Assembly (NCBI RefSeq): GCF_026210795.1
Contig: NC_089430.1
Coordinates: 930,001 to 994,000 of the forward strand
Length of the DNA stretch: 64,000 nt
Source: Rhizophagus irregularis
Taxonomy: Eukaryota
Direction of reading: 5' to 3'
This document shows positions 39,001 to 52,348 of the stretch, in pieces (the first letter of the stretch is position 1; each line of letters begins with the position of its first letter). The translations under genes were made by a program, and so were the position numbers. The notes under the pieces were generated by a model. It had not been told where the DNA came from and made no database searches. It saw only the letters and a list, made by a program, of their open reading frames with translations.

Positions 39001-41879
39001 CTATTTCATATGAATGATGTATTCTCTTCCAAATTTTTTTTCTTTACAAACTTATTATCACAGAGAGTTTCGTTTACTGCTCCAGATTATTTTCTCTACA
39101 AATATTATATCGTTCAGAATATAACCAGGGCTGTGATTCTGCGCAAAACGAAATAATAGGGGTCTAATTATTCTATCCAACCTTCGTATAAGTTTGGAGT
39201 TATACGAAAATGAGGAATATGGTTATTAAGGGTATCGAAAAGAGGTTAAGAGGAACTTCGCATACAAAGTGTAGAAAAAATAGAATCCTGCTAAAGAATA
39301 TAATATCACAGGCCTAGACTATTAACTGGGAATGAGAAGCTTATAACAGAAAGTCATGAAGACTAAAGTTCTGGCTTTCAATCAATCCCATTGAATTTAA
39401 ATATATGTTAACGTTCGTTCTGCGCTTTGTTTGTACTCCTTGTATTCATAAAATTCCACTCATCAAAACGAATTTTGAATTAAATAGCTTCTGTGTTCTA
39501 TTATTATACAGATTAGTTCGCTTGTTTTGATTACATCCATAGTAGACGTATTAGGAAGGCTTGAAACCTACAGGAGCATATTTCATTAATAAATGTCATT
39601 TTTGTTCATATTCACATAAAAATATATTGCAGAAGTACCTTATTCCTCTACACGTAACTCTTTATCTTTTGCTCGATTTATTAGTAATGTTCCGCTATGA
39701 ATCTTTCAAATCTACTTAATATAGTTTAGAGTAATCTTTTACACATATTTTCATTGTTAGAAACAAAACTCGTAACTCTGTTTTTTTAACTTTTTTTCAG
39801 TGCATGTTTTGAAACTGACTCCTTAATCAGAATAATCATCAATTAAAACTGCTGATCCATTATTTTATTGATAATTAGATATGCGCAGTATAAATCTAGA
39901 AGAGTTACACAAAGTTTAATAATTGAGGGCCCTTGTGCGATATATTACGGAAATAAGTTTTAGCTCTTGGTGTCTTACCCTTCTAGATCAAAAAATGTTT
40001 CCTTATGGTATCTAGCATTAATGTGTCTCGACCCTACCGATCATAGTCTGGGTGTAGAAAGACTTTTCTTACACAAAAATATCTCAAACACAAACGATGG
40101 TACTGTGTTGAACAAATCGTGTCCAAACTGTCCAATACATATTATGATGTAAATAATACGTAACAGAAATTTAGTAAAGGAAAAATTCATATGTTATATC
40201 TGATCATGTGACACCATGAATATTTGTTCAGAGTATCAGTCAGAGACTGCCCAAAGGGCACTTGATAACAAGGTCACATGGTGATCTAACATTTTCTCGT
40301 CTACTCTTCAGAGGAACGAAGCTCATCCCTTATTGATTCAAGATTTTTCACACACGGTTAACACAGGTCGAAGGGGCAATATTGTCCAAAATTCAAAAAA
40401 TGCAAATTCCACATTTTTCTGGAAAATGGTGGGAAATTGTGGAAAATGCTGCATTACGCTGAGCAATTTTTTGGAATAGCATTGTTACAACATTGTCCGA
40501 TTTAGCAAATTTTATGAAAATTTGGGAAAATGCTACATTATATCTCAAATGTAACATTTCGTAACATTTCATAACATTGTTATAACATTGTCATTAAAAT
40601 CAAATTTTGCTTTTTTTTTGTCAAATGTTCCAATTTTCTTGCAAATGGTGCATTTTTATGAAAATTCCACATTTTATTTCAAATGTAATAACATTTCATA
40701 AAATTGTTATAACATTGTCAATTAAAATTAAATTTTGCTTTTTTTTTGTCAAATGTTCCAATTTTCTTGCAAATGGTGCATTTTTATGAAAATGCCACAT
40801 TTTATCTTCAATGTGATATCATTGTAACAACATTTCATAAAATTGTTGTAACATTGTCAATTAAAATCAAATTTTGTCAAATATTCCGATTTTCTGGCAA
40901 ATGGTGCATTTTTTTTATGAAAATTCTATATTTTTTGTCAAATGTTGCATATTTTCAGCAAATTTTATGTTTTTTTGGTCAAATGTTTCATTTTCGTCAG
41001 AATGTTAAAATGTTACATTTTTTTTTGAAAAATGCTCAATAATATGGCATTACACTGGAAAATGTAGCATTTCACCAAATTACACTAAAAAGCATCACAA
41101 TTATCACATTTTTTGGAAAATTCCACATTACACTAAAAAATGTAGCAATATACTAGATTATGTAGCATTACACTAAAAAATACCGCAATTACACTAGACG
41201 ATGTAGCATTATACTAAAAAGTACCACAATTATCATATTTTTTAGAAAATTTCGCGTTATACTGGAAAATGTAACATTATGCTAGAAAATGCAAAATTGC
41301 ACTAAAAAACGCGGAATTGCACTAAAAAACACAAAAAAAATACTACAATTACACAGGATAACGTAGCATTACACTTAATTACATTAGATAATTTTTTATT
41401 TATTTGTAAAATTACAGACATTATTAAATTTATAATATTTATATTCTAACGTATTATTTAACATTAAATTCACATTGTTAATATTAACAATGTATCAACA
41501 CGATGTGTTGTTTAATTTATATATACGAAACCTTATTACTGAAGACTCCCTCTTTTTGTCACTATAAACAGGCGGAGGGAGCAGCAATGGCTCTCCCCCT
41601 ATAGGTACTTTATGGCCTCTACCTGTTTACAGAGAAGGGGCTTTTCGTAAAGTTATTAGATAGATATATATATATGTATATATATAAGTATATATATACA
41701 TCTATCAAAAATTATAATAAAAAAAAAAAATTATTTCGGGGAAAAAGCCCCTATTTATATAAATTTTATATCACGTGCATCACGTGATATTACTTAATAA
41801 TTACCGCAGCTTAGCTGCGATATAACGAAAAAAAAAATTAAGCTTTTTTTAGCAAAAGCTTAATTTTTTTCTCTTTTTT

Positions 41880-44540
41880 TTACGGCCTTAACCTTTACTT
41901 CCCTTCTTTCGCCATTTCACCTTCCCTGTTTCTCTCACCTTCCCCTTCCCCCTTTCCCTTTCGTTCTCCCCCTCCCTTTTCGTTCCATTTCCCTTTCCTT
42001 TTCGTTCTCCCCTCCCTTTTCGTTCCATTTCCCTTTCCCTTTCGTTCTTTTCGTTCCATTTCCTTTCCCCTTTCCTTTTTGTTTCCCCCTCCCTTTTTGT
42101 TTCATTTTCCCCTTTCCCCTTTTGTTCTTCCTCCCTTTTCGTCCTTTTCCCTTTCGTTTTCCCCTTTCCCTTTTCGTTCTTCTTTTTCCCTTCCCTTCCC
42201 CTTTTACTGTAAATTAGAAATATTGGAAATTTCCTTTCAGAAAAACAAAAGGGTAAGTTTCGAATTGTTCGATTCGAAACTTTAATATTTTTTTTATTTT
42301 TTAGGAAACGTTTCTAACGTTTCCTATATCTTCTTTATTTGGAATTACATGAGGTAAATTTTATTACACAAAAATTTACAAGAATTCATTGCAAGTTTTT
42401 AATTTTATTTTATTTTATCAAAGGCATTGGATAATATAGCAATAGCAGATAGAGATTTACAACAATGAGAATTAATTGATGCTCTTTTTTTTATAGGTCT
42501 TTTCGCCGTATTCAACTTGGAAAAATGAAACGGTAAGTTTCGAGGCGTTCGCCTCGAAACTTTTTTTAAAAAAATCTTTTATTAGGAAACATTACTAATG
42601 TTTCCAATAATTCTTTTTTTTTGTAGGTTTTTTTGGCGTACTCGACTTAGAAAACGAAATGGTAAGTTTCGAGGTGTTCGCCTCGAAACTTTTTTTCTAA
42701 ATTCTTTTTAGGAAACATACTGACGTTTCCTTTCTTTTTTTTTTATAGATTTTTCGGTGGTTTGACTTTGGGAAACGAGAAACCGAAAGGTAAGTTTCGA
42801 AGCATTTCGCTTCGAAACTTTTTTTTAAAAAAAAAATTTTTTAATTTTTTGTAAGGAAACGTTTCTAAGTTTCCTTTTCCTTTTTCTTTTTGTAGGAACG
42901 CCGGACGTTTGGATAATGTATTTCGAAACGAACGGTAAGTTTTGCAACGAATCGTTGTGAAACTTAATTAATTATTTTTTTTTTTTATTAAAAGAAACGA
43001 TTAACTAACGTTTCTTTCTTTTACTTTTGTAGGTTCCGGACGTTTGGATAATAAATTTTGAAACGAGCCGGTAAGTTTCGCAACATGTGTTGCGAAACTT
43101 TATTTTATTAATTTTTTTTTAAAGAAACGATACTAACATTTCTTTTTTTTTCCTTTTTTTAGATTCCGGACGTTTGGATGATGAATTTCGAAACGAACCG
43201 GTAAGTTTCGCAACATTGTGTTGCGAAACTTTATTTTATTAATTTTTTTTTTAAAGAAACGATACTAACGTTTCTTTTTTCCTTTTTTAGATTCCGGACG
43301 TTTGGATGATGAATTTCAAAATGAACTGGTAAGTTTCGCAACATTGTGTTGCGAAACTTTATTTTATTAATTTTTTTTTTTAAAGAAACGATACTAACGT
43401 TTCTTTTTTCCTTTTTTTAGATTCCGGACGTTTGGATGATGGAATTCGAAACGAACTGGTAAGTTTCGCAACATTGTGTTGCGAAACTTTATTTTTATTT
43501 ATTTTTTTTAAGAAACGTTAACTAATGTTTCTTTTCTTATTTTTGTAGGAACGCCGGACGAAATTTTTGGGCGAAAGGTAATATTTTCGTTTTTTTTGTT
43601 AATAATTTTTTTCTACGAAACGTTAACTAACGTTTCAGTTTTTTTTTATAGATCCATGGCTTCGCCTCCAGGACGAGATTTCGAAGGTAAATATTTACCT
43701 TCGAATCAATTTTGTTTTTTTTTTGTTTAACGAAACGTTAGTAAATGTTTACTAACGTTTCGTTTATCTTTATTTTTGTAGTTTATTTTCCGGTCGCCTT
43801 CTGTACGGAAGAATTTTGAAGGTAAATATAAGAACCTTCGAAGTTTATTTGTTTTATTTACAATGAAATGTTTACTAACTTTCGGTTTTCATTTTTTAGG
43901 TTCCAGGATGCCGTTTCAACATTTCAAAGGTATTAGAACTTCGAAATTATTGGATTTTTGTTATGTAACGAAACATTGTTTAAAGTTTCGTTTATTTATT
44001 TATTTTTTTTGTAGGTTAAAGGAACGGAAAAATGAAAGGGAAAGGTGAAGACGAAAGGGGAAAGAGAAAGGGGAAAGAGAAAGGGAAAACCGAAATGGAG
44101 TGGAACATTTCGAAGGTATACTTCGAAATGTTTGTTATACCTTCGAAATGTTTTTTTTTTTTAGGTTTGGACATACCGGAATTCAATATTTTGAAGGTAT
44201 ATTATACTTCGAAATATCTTTTATTTTGATTTTTTTCAACGAAACATATATTAACGTTTCGTTTTTTTTCTTTTTTTAGGTTCGGCGGTCCTTGTATGGA
44301 ATTTAACATTTCAAAGGTATATAACTTCGAAATGTTTTTTATTTTGATTTTTTTCAACGAAACGTATATTAATGTTTCGTTTTTTTTCTTTTTTAAGTTT
44401 TCACCAGCTTTTACTTCGGCACTGGACATTTGATACATGAATGAATTAGAGGTGTGGATTATCCATAGATCATCGGATATCTGATGAATATAGATCAATA
44501 TAGATTCTCATCGTTAAATAATAATTGTGCATTTGTTAAT
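41880..44540 (+). ncRNA. Putative multi-intron non-coding transcript (about 17 introns, micro-exons mostly 29-41 nt)
   Basis: Donors at 42253, 42354, 42533, 42662, 42790, 42935, 43071, 43201, 43329, 43459, 43578, 43687, 43822, 43930, 44116, 44197 and 44317, mostly followed by CTAAC/CTGAC/TTAAC, poly-T and YAG; transcription not shown. Confidence 0.6.
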
Positions 44541-45246
44541 AAATAATATTGTAATAAATTATGTAAAATTATTAAATCAGTGTTTTAAATTGTCACAGCG
44601 CTTATACTAAATTGTTTAAAATTATTACTAAATTTCACACAATTGTCCAAAATTATTGCAAAATTTCACTAAATTGTCTCCGAAAATGTTGCATTTTATA
44701 CCGTTTACACTCAATTGTCCAAAATCGGTAAAACATTTTCACTCAATTGTCCGAAATTATCCTAAATTTCACTAAATTATTCAAAGATTTAACTAACATT
44801 TACCGAAAATATGCAAAATTCACCACAATTTTCCACAATTTGCATTACGTTTGCACAACATTGCTAAAAATTCGCCTAAATTTTCAACAATTTACATAAC
44901 ATTACTAAAAATACACTACAATTTACCACCATTTGCATTACGTTTGCATAAAATTACTAAAAATTCACTATAATTCACCACAATTTGCATTACGTTTACT
45001 AAAAATTTGACTAAATTTACCACAATTTGCATTATGTTTACATAAAATTACTAAAAATTTGACTAAATTTACTACAATTCGTATTACGTTTACATAAAAT
45101 TACTAAAAATTTGACTAAATTTACCACAATTCGTATTACGTTTACATAAAATTACTAAAAATTTGACTAAATTTACCACAATTCGTATTACGTTTATATA
45201 AAATTACTAAAAATTTGACTAAATTTACTACAATTTGCATTACGTT

Positions 45247-45525
45247 CACTGGTAAAAAAATGATTTATCCTACATATATCTTACACATATTGGGTACTCA
45301 AAATGTAGAAAATCATACACAAATAATACACATATCATACACATATCGGGTACTAATATATATATCATACATATATCAGGTACCTGATAGGTATACTATA
45401 TATATAAGTACCCGATATGTGTATGATATGTGTATTATTTGTGTATGATTTTCTACATTTTGAGTACCTGATATATGTAAGATATGTGTAGGATATGTGT
45501 AGGATAGACCATTTTTTTACCAGTG
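45247..45525. mobile_element. 279-bp CACTG MITE, copy 4
   Basis: 3-bp TSD gtt inside the 43-bp repeat of element D. Confidence 0.92.
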
Positions 45526-47442
45526 GTTTACATAAAATTACTAAAAATTTGCCTAAAATTCACCTCAATTTACATTACGTTTGCATAAAATTACTAAAAA
45601 TTTAACTAAATTCACCACAATTTGCACTTCGTTTGCATATCATTACTAAAAATTTGCCTAAAATTTCCCACAATTTAATGATAATTTACTGAAAAATTTC
45701 TCAACATTTGAATTAGGAATTCTGTAGGAATTCCGCCATTTTGACAAAATTTGCCAAATTGTAAGTCCTCCATTATCCCAAAATTGTAACACAATTTACC
45801 CCAATTTACTGGGATAATTCTCAATTTGCCAGAAAAATTCCAGGCAAATTTTGCGACAATGACATCTGTTTGACCTGTGTAACGGAATTCCACTTAATGA
45901 GTTACCTTGTTCTTTCCCTTCGGATTGTAGTTCAGACATATTTAGTTACAAAGCGTAATGTATGCGGTTGTTAAAAAATGAATATACTCTCTGTTCGGCG
46001 ACTATAATCTATAAGTGGCAAGAAATCTCGATGACCGTCCGTTAAATTTTCTTGGTATAAAGATATTCAACTAATGACACAAAGTACCAAATTGTTATAC
46101 ACAGACAGAACACACGATAAACGGAAAGTAGTAGACTATTTATTCGTAGGCTCTGCTAGATGCAATAAAAATTGTGCTTGTGACCCTATTAACATAATTA
46201 AATTCTGGAGAAAATCTCTCCTGTTGATTTTAGTGCTAATCTATTTATAAAGTATAAAACGGTGACATGTCACATAGTTGCATACTGCTTATGGCATGTT
46301 ACTTCAGAATGATGGTGTGTATACAAAAAATACAACAAAATCAAACAAAGAAAAACCATTAGTATGAAATCAAGTTGCGCAACGTGTTCCATATGGGACT
46401 GATTTCTTCTCGTAGATTTGATACTTCTTGTCATAGAAGTTTTGTCCTTTATAATTTCCTTCGCTTAACTCACGCTTTAGCGCCTTACAGGGGAGCGTGG
46501 TCTGACAAATCCATCCTGCCTTTTGTTTTGCATAGGTGTAGTGTCAGTCCTTCTCATTATAGATTTGTAATACAGTCTCGTGTTTTTTATAGACTTCTGG
46601 TCGTTCAAGTTACAAATTTGTGAGGATAGTGATAAAAACTCGTGAAATTTAGAATCTTAATCGCTAATATGCTAACTGTGTTATATCACGCAATTGTGGA
46701 CACGTTTTTCGTATCCATGCGAGCTAGAAATGATCTAACATGCGGCTATCAACAATGATGCACAAAGATATATCGAAGATATTAATCGATAACACTGCAG
46801 GTTCCTTTGTGTGTTAATTCCTTCAATGAGCTAAACTAGAACAAGAATTCTCAGCTTTTTTTGGAAACAATGATGACATGAGATAAAAATATCCTTGGTT
46901 ATTCATCCGTAACTCAAAACTTCAAACGAATAAAAAGCAAACTGATGTTACATTTGGGCTTAATTCAACTGCATTTATGGTCATTGACGGCAGTAAGTGA
47001 TTCTTTACTAAGCTTATACGGGATCCCGTTTACTAGTAAGAACCCACCAGCTAAGTGAGAGGATGTATGAGTCATTACTTTTCAGTAACGATGACAAAAA
47101 TAATACTACATATATTATACTATACAATAGTTCCATATTAGTTACTATTCCTCGGTAACGACAGAAACATTTTATACAATACCATTACACGGTATGCGAT
47201 GCAGGGTCTACTTGGGTTATTACTTTTCACTACATAATATTCTATACAAGTTATCTCAATAGTTACTTCCTCGGTAATAATAGACTGGAGGTATTACTAC
47301 CTTCGTAATGAAAAATATACAGATATACCGTTGCATAATATATCGGTGCTATCCGTGTTCTGCATAAGTTTTACTCATCAATAACGATATGGAAATTGTT
47401 ACTACATAACAAGTAATGTTCCACACAATGGATACGTTAGTT

Positions 47443-49713
47443 TAGGGATGGTAAATTAACCGTTAATTAACTGTTAATTAACCCAATTATAATTTCTGGT
47501 CTATTATAACAAATTTTTATAATTTTTATAATTTATTTAATTAAACTTATATTTTTATTTTATATTTATCAAAATTTATTTATTATTCAGTTGCTAAATC
47601 CGTAATATTTAATTCTAACCCGAATATTCTATCATCATCATCATTATTGTTATCGTTACCAGTATTATTATTATTATTTATATCATTATTGTTATTATCA
47701 TTACGCCGATCATGTATTAATTTTCTTTTTAACCCCTTTTCGTACAACTGAAGATTTCCGTAAATATAAACCAACTTCTTAACACGTTCATTTTGCAATC
47801 GATTACAGATTTTATTATTAATAAACCCAAACGTAGAAAAATTTCTTTCAGCGGCGGCAGATGACGTTAGAATTGAAAGAATCTTAATAGCTAGTTGTTG
47901 AAGGCTACTATTTGGCCAAGATTGCCACCATACAGACGGACTAAGGTTAGTAGATGATAACCAAATCGTTTTATTATCATATGGTGAATTTTTTTGACGA
48001 AATTTTACTAATTCTGTAAACATAATCACAGATTCCTCTTGACCGAACCTTTTACTTGTGAATTCTGTGAATTCTCTATATCTCGTTGCCTCTATATCAG
48101 TATTTTTGCTTTCTTCTAAAAAACATGGATCTAACATATAAGCAGCCATCATAACAGGATGGTATGTATAATCCCACCGTTTTTGAACAAGTTGTTGAAT
48201 ATTGTTGGAAAAATTACAAGAGATTTCACTAACTCAATGCATTAATTTTTTGAAGTGAAAATAAACAGTTGAAAGAGTAGATGTGTCTGATTCAAACAAT
48301 TTTAACGCTATAACTATTGGCTCTAAAAATTTTATAATTGTGTCCAACATATCCCAAAAATTTTCTGATAATACAAAATTTCTTACTGTATTATTTATTT
48401 TTTTACAGATATCAGGATCCATTAATGTTTGTTCAAGAGCAGTTTTTGATTTTTGAAGTGACTGAAAGCAGCTAAGATGTGATCCCCATCGTGTAAGTAC
48501 TGGTAAAACCAACGCAATCTCTTTATTATAATTTTCACCTTGAATACGTTTTAATTTTGCTGCTGCTTGTACATGAGACTTAAAATAATTTACTATCATT
48601 TTAGAATTTTCAACTATGGGTTTAATTTCATTAATCTTTAAAACATCCCCAATTAAAAGATTAATAACATGAGAGTTACACCCAAGACAAACAACATTGG
48701 AATATTTTTCCTCAATTCGTCTCCATGCTGATTTCATTACACTAGCTGTATCCATAATAACAGCTGAAAATTTTTGAACACCAATAGCTTCTATTTGTTG
48801 AATAATTTCATTTAAAATCCATTCTCCTGTATGGGATTCTTCACCTGAAAATGTAGCATTAAAAAAAACTGGTTTAGGAGTACAAATGATAAAATTTTGT
48901 ACTGATTCTTGATTAATATTAGACCAACCATCAGAAACCATATAAAGAGTATTTGCTTTGGAAATTTGTTCATCAGTTTGTAATTTTACTTCATCGTAAA
49001 CATCATTTAATAAATCTCCAGCAAGTTTTCTCCTATTTGGCAACTTGAAGGATGGCCGAAGACATTTAAAAAATTGAATGACAAGCGGATTTTCAACAAA
49101 GGCAAATGGTACTCCAGCTGAAAATAATGCTTGTGCTAGTTGAAATTCAAGGTCGTCTTGTTCTTCTTCGCTTATACGATCAACGAAATTCTCAATCTTA
49201 GATGTTTTAGTTATTTTAATTCGTTTTACAGGTATATTTGTATGAGTAGTATTTGGAGTAATAGTTGGAGTGTGAATAGTGCTAGTTGTGGAACCTTGTA
49301 AATTAATATTTTTTTTAGACTTTGCATTATCCGGTGCTCCTAGACATTCTTTATCAAGATGATTTTGCATTCGTGCAGGAACAGCTCTATTCAAAACTTT
49401 AGAACAATAATTACATTGTACAGTAGGATGGGAGTTGTTTTTATTACTTTCTGTTTGGTTTTGTGTAATAATAGTCCAATGTTTCCAAACAGCACCTTTT
49501 TTTTTAGTCATTGTTAAATTGAAAAATAAAAAAAATTATTGAAAAAAAGATCGATAAAAATCAGAAAATCGGTCACGTGACTGTGATCACTTCTTTTAAT
49601 TGGCTAATTTATAATTAACCAAATTAACCGTTAATTAACCAAATTTGCTTAATTATAATTAACCGTTAATTAACCGCAGTTAATTAACCATGGTTAATTA
49701 ACCCCCATCCCTA
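47443..49713 (-). mobile_element. hAT DNA transposon
   Basis: TIR tagggatgg / ccatcccta; 8-bp TSD cgttagtt; subterminal taattaacc repeats. Confidence 0.95.
47583..49511 (-). pseudogene. hAT transposase (BED finger, DUF659-like core, hAT dimerisation domain) with one in-frame TGA at 48234-48236
   Basis: VWKHW...CNYC...H...C; SDGWSN; CNSHVINL; TRWGS; WW...SSAAAERNFS; the 425-aa and 189-aa ORFs are in frame. Confidence 0.93.
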
Positions 49714-50197
49714 CGTTAGTTACTATTCCTTGGTAACGATGCAAAATAATACATAGGATATCCTTAATTCCGCACGTATCCATTCCGCATGAAATAATAT
49801 TGTTTGGTAATGATTACAAATATTCTGTAATTATCACTAAATATTATCCGCTGTAATAGTTACTACTTTTATCAACGATTGTTATATAATACTGTCACAA
49901 TGTGTCTCGTCTTCATCTACGAAAGTTATTGCAATGATAGAATGCGACTGCAATTTACTATATGACAGATAAACCCTCATCACTATGGATCCTTACATAA
50001 AAATATGAACGACCTGGTCGTGAATGCTAGTTAATATAGTAAATAGATAGTAAATGGATAGAAGTAGAGCAAATAGGGCTTTTTCTCCTGACTGATTAAA
50101 TGGTAACTATATTTTGTATGTGCATTTTCGGGCTTTTTGGGTATTTCCTAAATACTAATGTTTTTAAAATTGAAGTCAGGAACCTTATTATAAATCA

Positions 50198-50823
50198 ATG
50201 GACGATTTTACAATACTTTTAGTGAAATTAAAGGATTTGATCGACTTATCGACTGGCAATGGGAGTCCCAAGAGTAATACCTCTTCGAATAACTTTTCAT
50301 TGCCAAATTCCGACGAGTTCAGTGAGGTAGTTTAATGGTTGACGTTACTATTGGCTAGAAAACCACAATTATGTAAGCAAATATGGAAATCAATAACTGA
50401 AAAAAAAACGTACTTTCTGCTAGTGACAAAAAATCCAATGAAACAAAAGGACGAGATAGTTTTAAGATGTTGACCGAAATGATAGTACACATTTGCTTCA
50501 CAGCAAGCAACATGTTACCTGATGATGTAGAATCCACGAATACTGATGCACTGATGGAAGTTGCCCTACTGCGAGATACAAGTGAACAATTTGGAAAAAT
50601 TCTGTTAAAATGGACGGAAAATAACAAAAGGGAATATATGGATGAACTTAAATGCGAATCCCTTATCAAAATGATCAGCTCTCAGATAAACAAACCCATC
50701 TGTGATTCATCAAAATTATCACTGAAGAATAGATTAACACAACTGACAGAGGTTATCCAACAGATCTACCATCATTGTATACTACATGAAATATTAGTCG
50801 ACAACACAAAAAACAAAGTATGA
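50198..50823 (+). pseudogene. Possible degraded gene fragment, unknown product
   Basis: 118-aa ORF with protein-like composition and stop-interrupted upstream sequence; no recognisable motif. Confidence 0.3.
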
Positions 50824-52348
50824 ATTCCCTACTTCATAATAGTGTGGCAATCAACAGGGTCATGCTGTAAAATACTGCCGAAGCAAATGGAAAAAGAAAT
50901 GACGTATTTGTCATTACCAGGACTACACCTCCTTATCCCAGAGGGTAAATGACTTTTCCGCTTCTCTGTGTTTTTGTCCTTAGTATTAACCTATGCTACT
51001 TGCCGAAAAAAATATCAGCGTACACGAGACTTATGATAATAAAGGTGGTATCGTTATCAGCCTCCTTTTGTTCCAACCTAGTATTCCTTTTATGGAATTA
51101 CGTATTCGTCGTTCAAGTGCAACTGTTCATTTTTTAAGAATCTCGCTAAATTACTTGTTTTAGTCCAACTGCAATAACCGGTTAATAAACGTATATAAGC
51201 CAGATCATGATCTTGGATTGTCTGTTCAGTGAAACTGATTATACACACAGTACGAATTCATAAGACTTTCGAATCCTACTAACATGCGTAGTAACGGATA
51301 TGTGACCTCAGGTGGAAGCCCCCATAGACAATTTTCTTCGCTTAGCTCAGAACGCCTTGCCACTCTATTGCACCTTGTTTATAACGTATAATTATTGTTA
51401 TCGACAACAAAATATTTTATGACGACGATTACATTTTTTCTAGAACGTATCCCTAGTCATTCCAGTTCTACTTCGTACCTAGAGGTACTACGTAGTATAA
51501 TCCGGATTAATTACGTTCATCAGTTATTTTTTACCATTTATCAGCATAATCAATTATGTAGAAGAATATTATGCGAAATAGTAAGATGCTTATATATGAC
51601 TTATGTTCTTACGCTTTAGTGCCTTCAGGCATAATAGTGCTCACATTTTTTACGAGACCAGCACATACGAAAATACATTAATCATGAACGCAGAAAAATC
51701 CCTGAAAGGGCTATTCCGGAAGAACTCTTCAGAGTAGCATGCATGATTTTCTGAACAGAGTAAAAGATTCTTTAGCCTGTTTCATAGGGAAAACCATGGA
51801 GGTTATTTCGTATACAATCTGTCTCTACAGTAAGAAACTTGTATATTAATATGTATGCGAGCGACATGAGAAATTTTATACAGAAGCAAAGCCCAGAAAA
51901 TCAGTCCATGGATAGACCTTCCAAACTAGAAACGTAGTTTCTAAGACTTCCTCTCGAGTTATAAACCATTTGGTTTTATGGAAAGTGAGTCGAAGAGATG
52001 GAAGAAAATACGGTCTGCATAAAAAAAACCATGATCTTGTGAAATTTTTTACCTAGTTTGGAAACATCGTATGAAGTCATCAAAGTTTAACATTTCAGAG
52101 TTATAGTATTCACCAATCTGTTTGGCATGACCTTCTACGGGTGTCTTCTGCTTTAACAGAGGACGAATCAGTCGTATTTGTTATATGCAAAACGCATCCC
52201 ATTTGCTCGCACAGTATATCGGTATCGTTTACTAGTGTTATCAAGAGAGGACAGGCTTTTAACTAGTGTCACCAACAAGTACACATCTTATGCTTTAGCC
52301 GAATTCAGGGTTCGGAACAGGATATACTACATCGTCTATGGTTACTGC

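Larger units (their letters stand above)
40362..45879 (-). mobile_element. Non-autonomous CACTA element D with the same ends as element C (inverted) and non-coding intron-array cargo
   Basis: cacaggtcgaagggg ... gtttgacctgtg; TSD taa; both subterminal regions match element C; no transposase. Confidence 0.92.

Noticed and set aside
42500..43550. CRISPR array (palindromic repeats with ~38-nt spacers)
   Set aside because: The repeats are ~90-nt GT-AG introns with branch points, neighbouring 'spacers' resemble each other, there are no cas genes, and the context is eukaryotic
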